From: Tubiluchus corallicola
Lineage: Eukaryota; Animalia; Priapulida
Length of the DNA stretch: 64,000 nt
Direction of reading: 5' to 3'
Assembly: GCA_030141605.1 (NCBI GenBank)
Contig: JAQGDQ010001055.1
Span: forward strand, 3,209-67,208
Shown: positions 61,440 through 64,000 of the stretch, piece by piece
How positions within the stretch are numbered: position 1 is the first letter of the stretch
How the letters are laid out: each line of letters starts with the position of its first letter
The notes under the pieces: model-generated
Told to the model about the DNA's origin: nothing
Databases searched by the model: none
The model's input: the letters and a program-made list of their open reading frames with translations, nothing else
Position numbers and translations under genes: made by a program

Positions 61440-63413
61440 TTGCGACCACCTATTCTTGATACCCGGAAATGGTATGAGGAAAAATTAAAATCAGTAAGAA
61501 TGGCAAGGAATTTTTTCGTTACAGCAAACAGTATAAGCAGTATCGTAAATCAACAAAAGATTGTCACCAATCCTGCCACTATTGCTTCTACAATAAATGA
61601 TACTTTTGCCTCTTTTTTTGCTCAAGAATCTGAGAAAATTGAAATACCCATCCCATCTGATGGTTGGAATTGCAATAGTATAATGTTGTCTTTTCGATAA
61701 ATGAGGTATATCTCATACTCATTAAGTTATTAGCCTTTTAAAGTCATAGGCTCAGACAATGTTCATGGTCTTAATGAATGTGCCCTCCAACTTGCTTTAC
61801 CACTGTTTTAAGAAAAATATTGACTCTTGCAAAGTTCTGTTAAACTATCTTGACTCAAATGTCACTCCTGTTCCGAAGAAATCTTCTGCAACTCCTTCAT
61901 GCTATGACTTAAAGCCTATTTTTTTAACATCAGGCGGTGCCAAATGCCTTGAGTCCAGTATATGGGATGAAGCACTTCTATTTCTTGTCAGGTCTGAACA
62001 TATTTGCAAAAATCAGCATGGTTCGTTACCAAATCACTTTGTTGTAACTAATTTACTCTCTTGCCTAAATAAATGGACTAAATTTTTTGATGATCCATCC
62101 ATACCTGGTATTGATATTTTATACTTAGACTTTAGAAAAGCCTTTGACTCTGTGCCTCTAAGATGGTTACTGCTCAAGATAGAGTTCTCAGGAATCCATG
62201 GTAATTTATTAAAGTGGTTTGATTTTTCTTAATTCATTGTAGACAACAAAATGTTATTAATGGTATATCTACAACCTAACAACCAGTAGCTAGTGGAATC
62301 CCCAAGGTACCCTTATTGGCCCTTACTACTTTCATATTTTTATAAATGACATTACTAATTGTGTGTCTCCTGGTACAAGCATTTCTTTATTTGTAGATGA
62401 TCTTAAGCCCTATCGCCCAATCTGGGGTGACATAGACTAATTTATTTTACAAAATGATCTCAATGAAATTGAAAAATGGTGCAATGAATGGTTGATGCAA
62501 CTTAAGAGAAGTGTTGCTTATTACGTGTGTGGAATAAATCTCACACACCAATGCTCTCACACTAATATCAGAGCTCATTTCTTCTCTTCTTGTGTTGTGG
62601 GCCCTTGGAATTCACTTAATAGTGAAACAGATGACGCATCAAATCTGCCGCAATTTCGCAAATTGTTGAGGAAAGACAGTCAATAACCATGTTGTGGTTA
62701 GGTCTCTTAAACTTTGTAAGCAAGCAAGTACCACATTACACCAGTGATGGAGTCATAGAGGAGAAATCTATTGTACGTGATTTAGGCATCTATATATCCA
62801 ATGACCTAAAGTGGAATACCCATGTTAATCATATAATAGCTCAAGCATATCGTCGAATTGGTATGATCAAATGCTGTGTCATTTCAAGATCTGCTAATAT
62901 TATAGTCCCTCTACACAAAGCAGTCGCTCATCCTATTTTGGAGTATGCATCAGTAGTGTAGACACTGCAGTATGTTAGCTCAAAGATGCTTTGGAGAAAA
63001 CTGAAGACAGGTGTATGAGGCTAGTCCACGATGCACATCCTGCAGTGATGTCCACTCAGTGAGGAACAACGCCGATGTACTGCTGATTTTGTCAATTGTT
63101 ATAAAATTCTGAAAGGATTCTTAATTTTACAAAATTTCTTCTCAAGACCATACAGAGAACTACGTAACTACGAGGCCATGGTTCCAAACTCTTCATCGAA
63201 TATAGCCGAACCAACATCAGTTGTCATCTTTTTGCCTCTCGTATGGCGCATCCATGGAACTCACTCTCAGCTGATACTGTCAATGCACCATCTATCGATA
63301 AATTTAAAATGAATATGATTATGAGAAGGGACCACACACAACTCTAAGTGCTGATGTCATTGCAAAGAAGATTGTAAAGAAGATATGACCAATCTGATCA
63401 TCATCATCATCAT
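61440..63413 (+). mobile_element. Decayed 5'-truncated CR1-clade LINE (RT pseudogene)
   Basis: Frameshifted or stop-interrupted RT motifs: VTPVPKK, KPIFLTS..KCLES, NQHGSL, DILYLDFRKAFDSVP, SGIPQG..GPLL, LFVDDLK, VRDLGIYISNDLKWNTHV, PILEYASVV, RGHGSKL..PWNSL. An (ATC)n tail lies at 63397-63413. Confidence 0.92.
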
Positions 63414-63786
63414 ACGCCCGTCACGTCTATTGTAGACATTGGGCAGGCAGAATTCTAAAATAAAAGTTAAAAAACAAAATAAACCTGTCTGAAGGCAGAC
63501 CAATCTGAACCACGGTCTCCATAAATCAGCAGTAGAAGAACGCTTTTAATACGAGACGCGTGTCGGTTTATAATATGCACAAACTTGATTTCGGGCAAAG
63601 GCTACGAGCTACATACTTGCTTGCGAACAAAGTGTAAAAAGAGGAAATGACGGAAATATGCATTTATCTAGGAACAGCTTGCCCCAGACGTTTTCCAGTC
63701 GGTGCACGTTAAAATTGAGTTGCTCAAGAAAAAATCATAAAAGAGGCAGAAATTGAAGAAATAGTGCCTTTAATAAAATATGAGTT

Positions 63787-63833
63787 ATGATGGTAATGGC
63801 GGTGGTGGTGGTGGTGGTGCTGCTGCTGCTGTT
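63787..63833. repeat. Compound (GGT)n(GCT)n trinucleotide repeat
   Basis: Read directly. Confidence 0.8.
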
Positions 63834-64000
63834 GGCTATCCTGCAGCTGCTGTGTTATGATCAAAAAAGGTTGTGCTAACTTCAGTAGTGTTACTACAAG
63901 TTAAACAAGATATGACATAGTTGTGGTCCTATTCTCAGATCAGTGTACATCCCGATATATGGTCTGAGTCGCTTCTTAAACAAATTGGCCGGTAAGGTAA

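Noticed and set aside
63724-63900. Minus-strand polyQ/polyH frame (QQLQDSQQQQQHHHHHHRHYHH)
   Set aside because: Bounded by stops within ~60 codons, no ATG before the repeat and no convincing splice pair; treated as a simple repeat.

Overview
AT-rich animal (invertebrate, probably lophotrochozoan; inferred) genomic DNA with spliceosomal introns; not prokaryotic. Four host genes were reconstructed by hand from GT-AG boundaries. These are an intronless mitochondrial Obg GTPase MTG2/GTPBP5 (-), a 6-coding-exon effector caspase-7/3-like gene (+), an 11-coding-exon ZO-1/TJP1 gene (-, probably with a ~24 kb 5'UTR intron), and an intronless-CDS Golgi pH regulator GPR89 (-). The rest is introns and intergenic DNA with MITEs (pogo/Tigger-, hAT-, piggyBac-, Harbinger- and mariner-like), LINE and SINE remnants and tandem repeats. 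The most notable signal is missing from the ORF track: an uninterrupted 439-codon minus-strand LINE ORF (1317 to beyond base 1). In it, a ~110-aa leader ends in a virus-like 2A/StopGo ribosome-skipping motif (LLLILAGIETNPG|P) directly upstream of the APE endonuclease. Other points of interest are a minimal hammerhead-ribozyme-like relic between the convergent caspase and ZO-1 3' ends, a uORF and N-terminal extension in ZO-1, a DEVD site in the caspase linker, and an E-box cluster in the ZO-1 intron.
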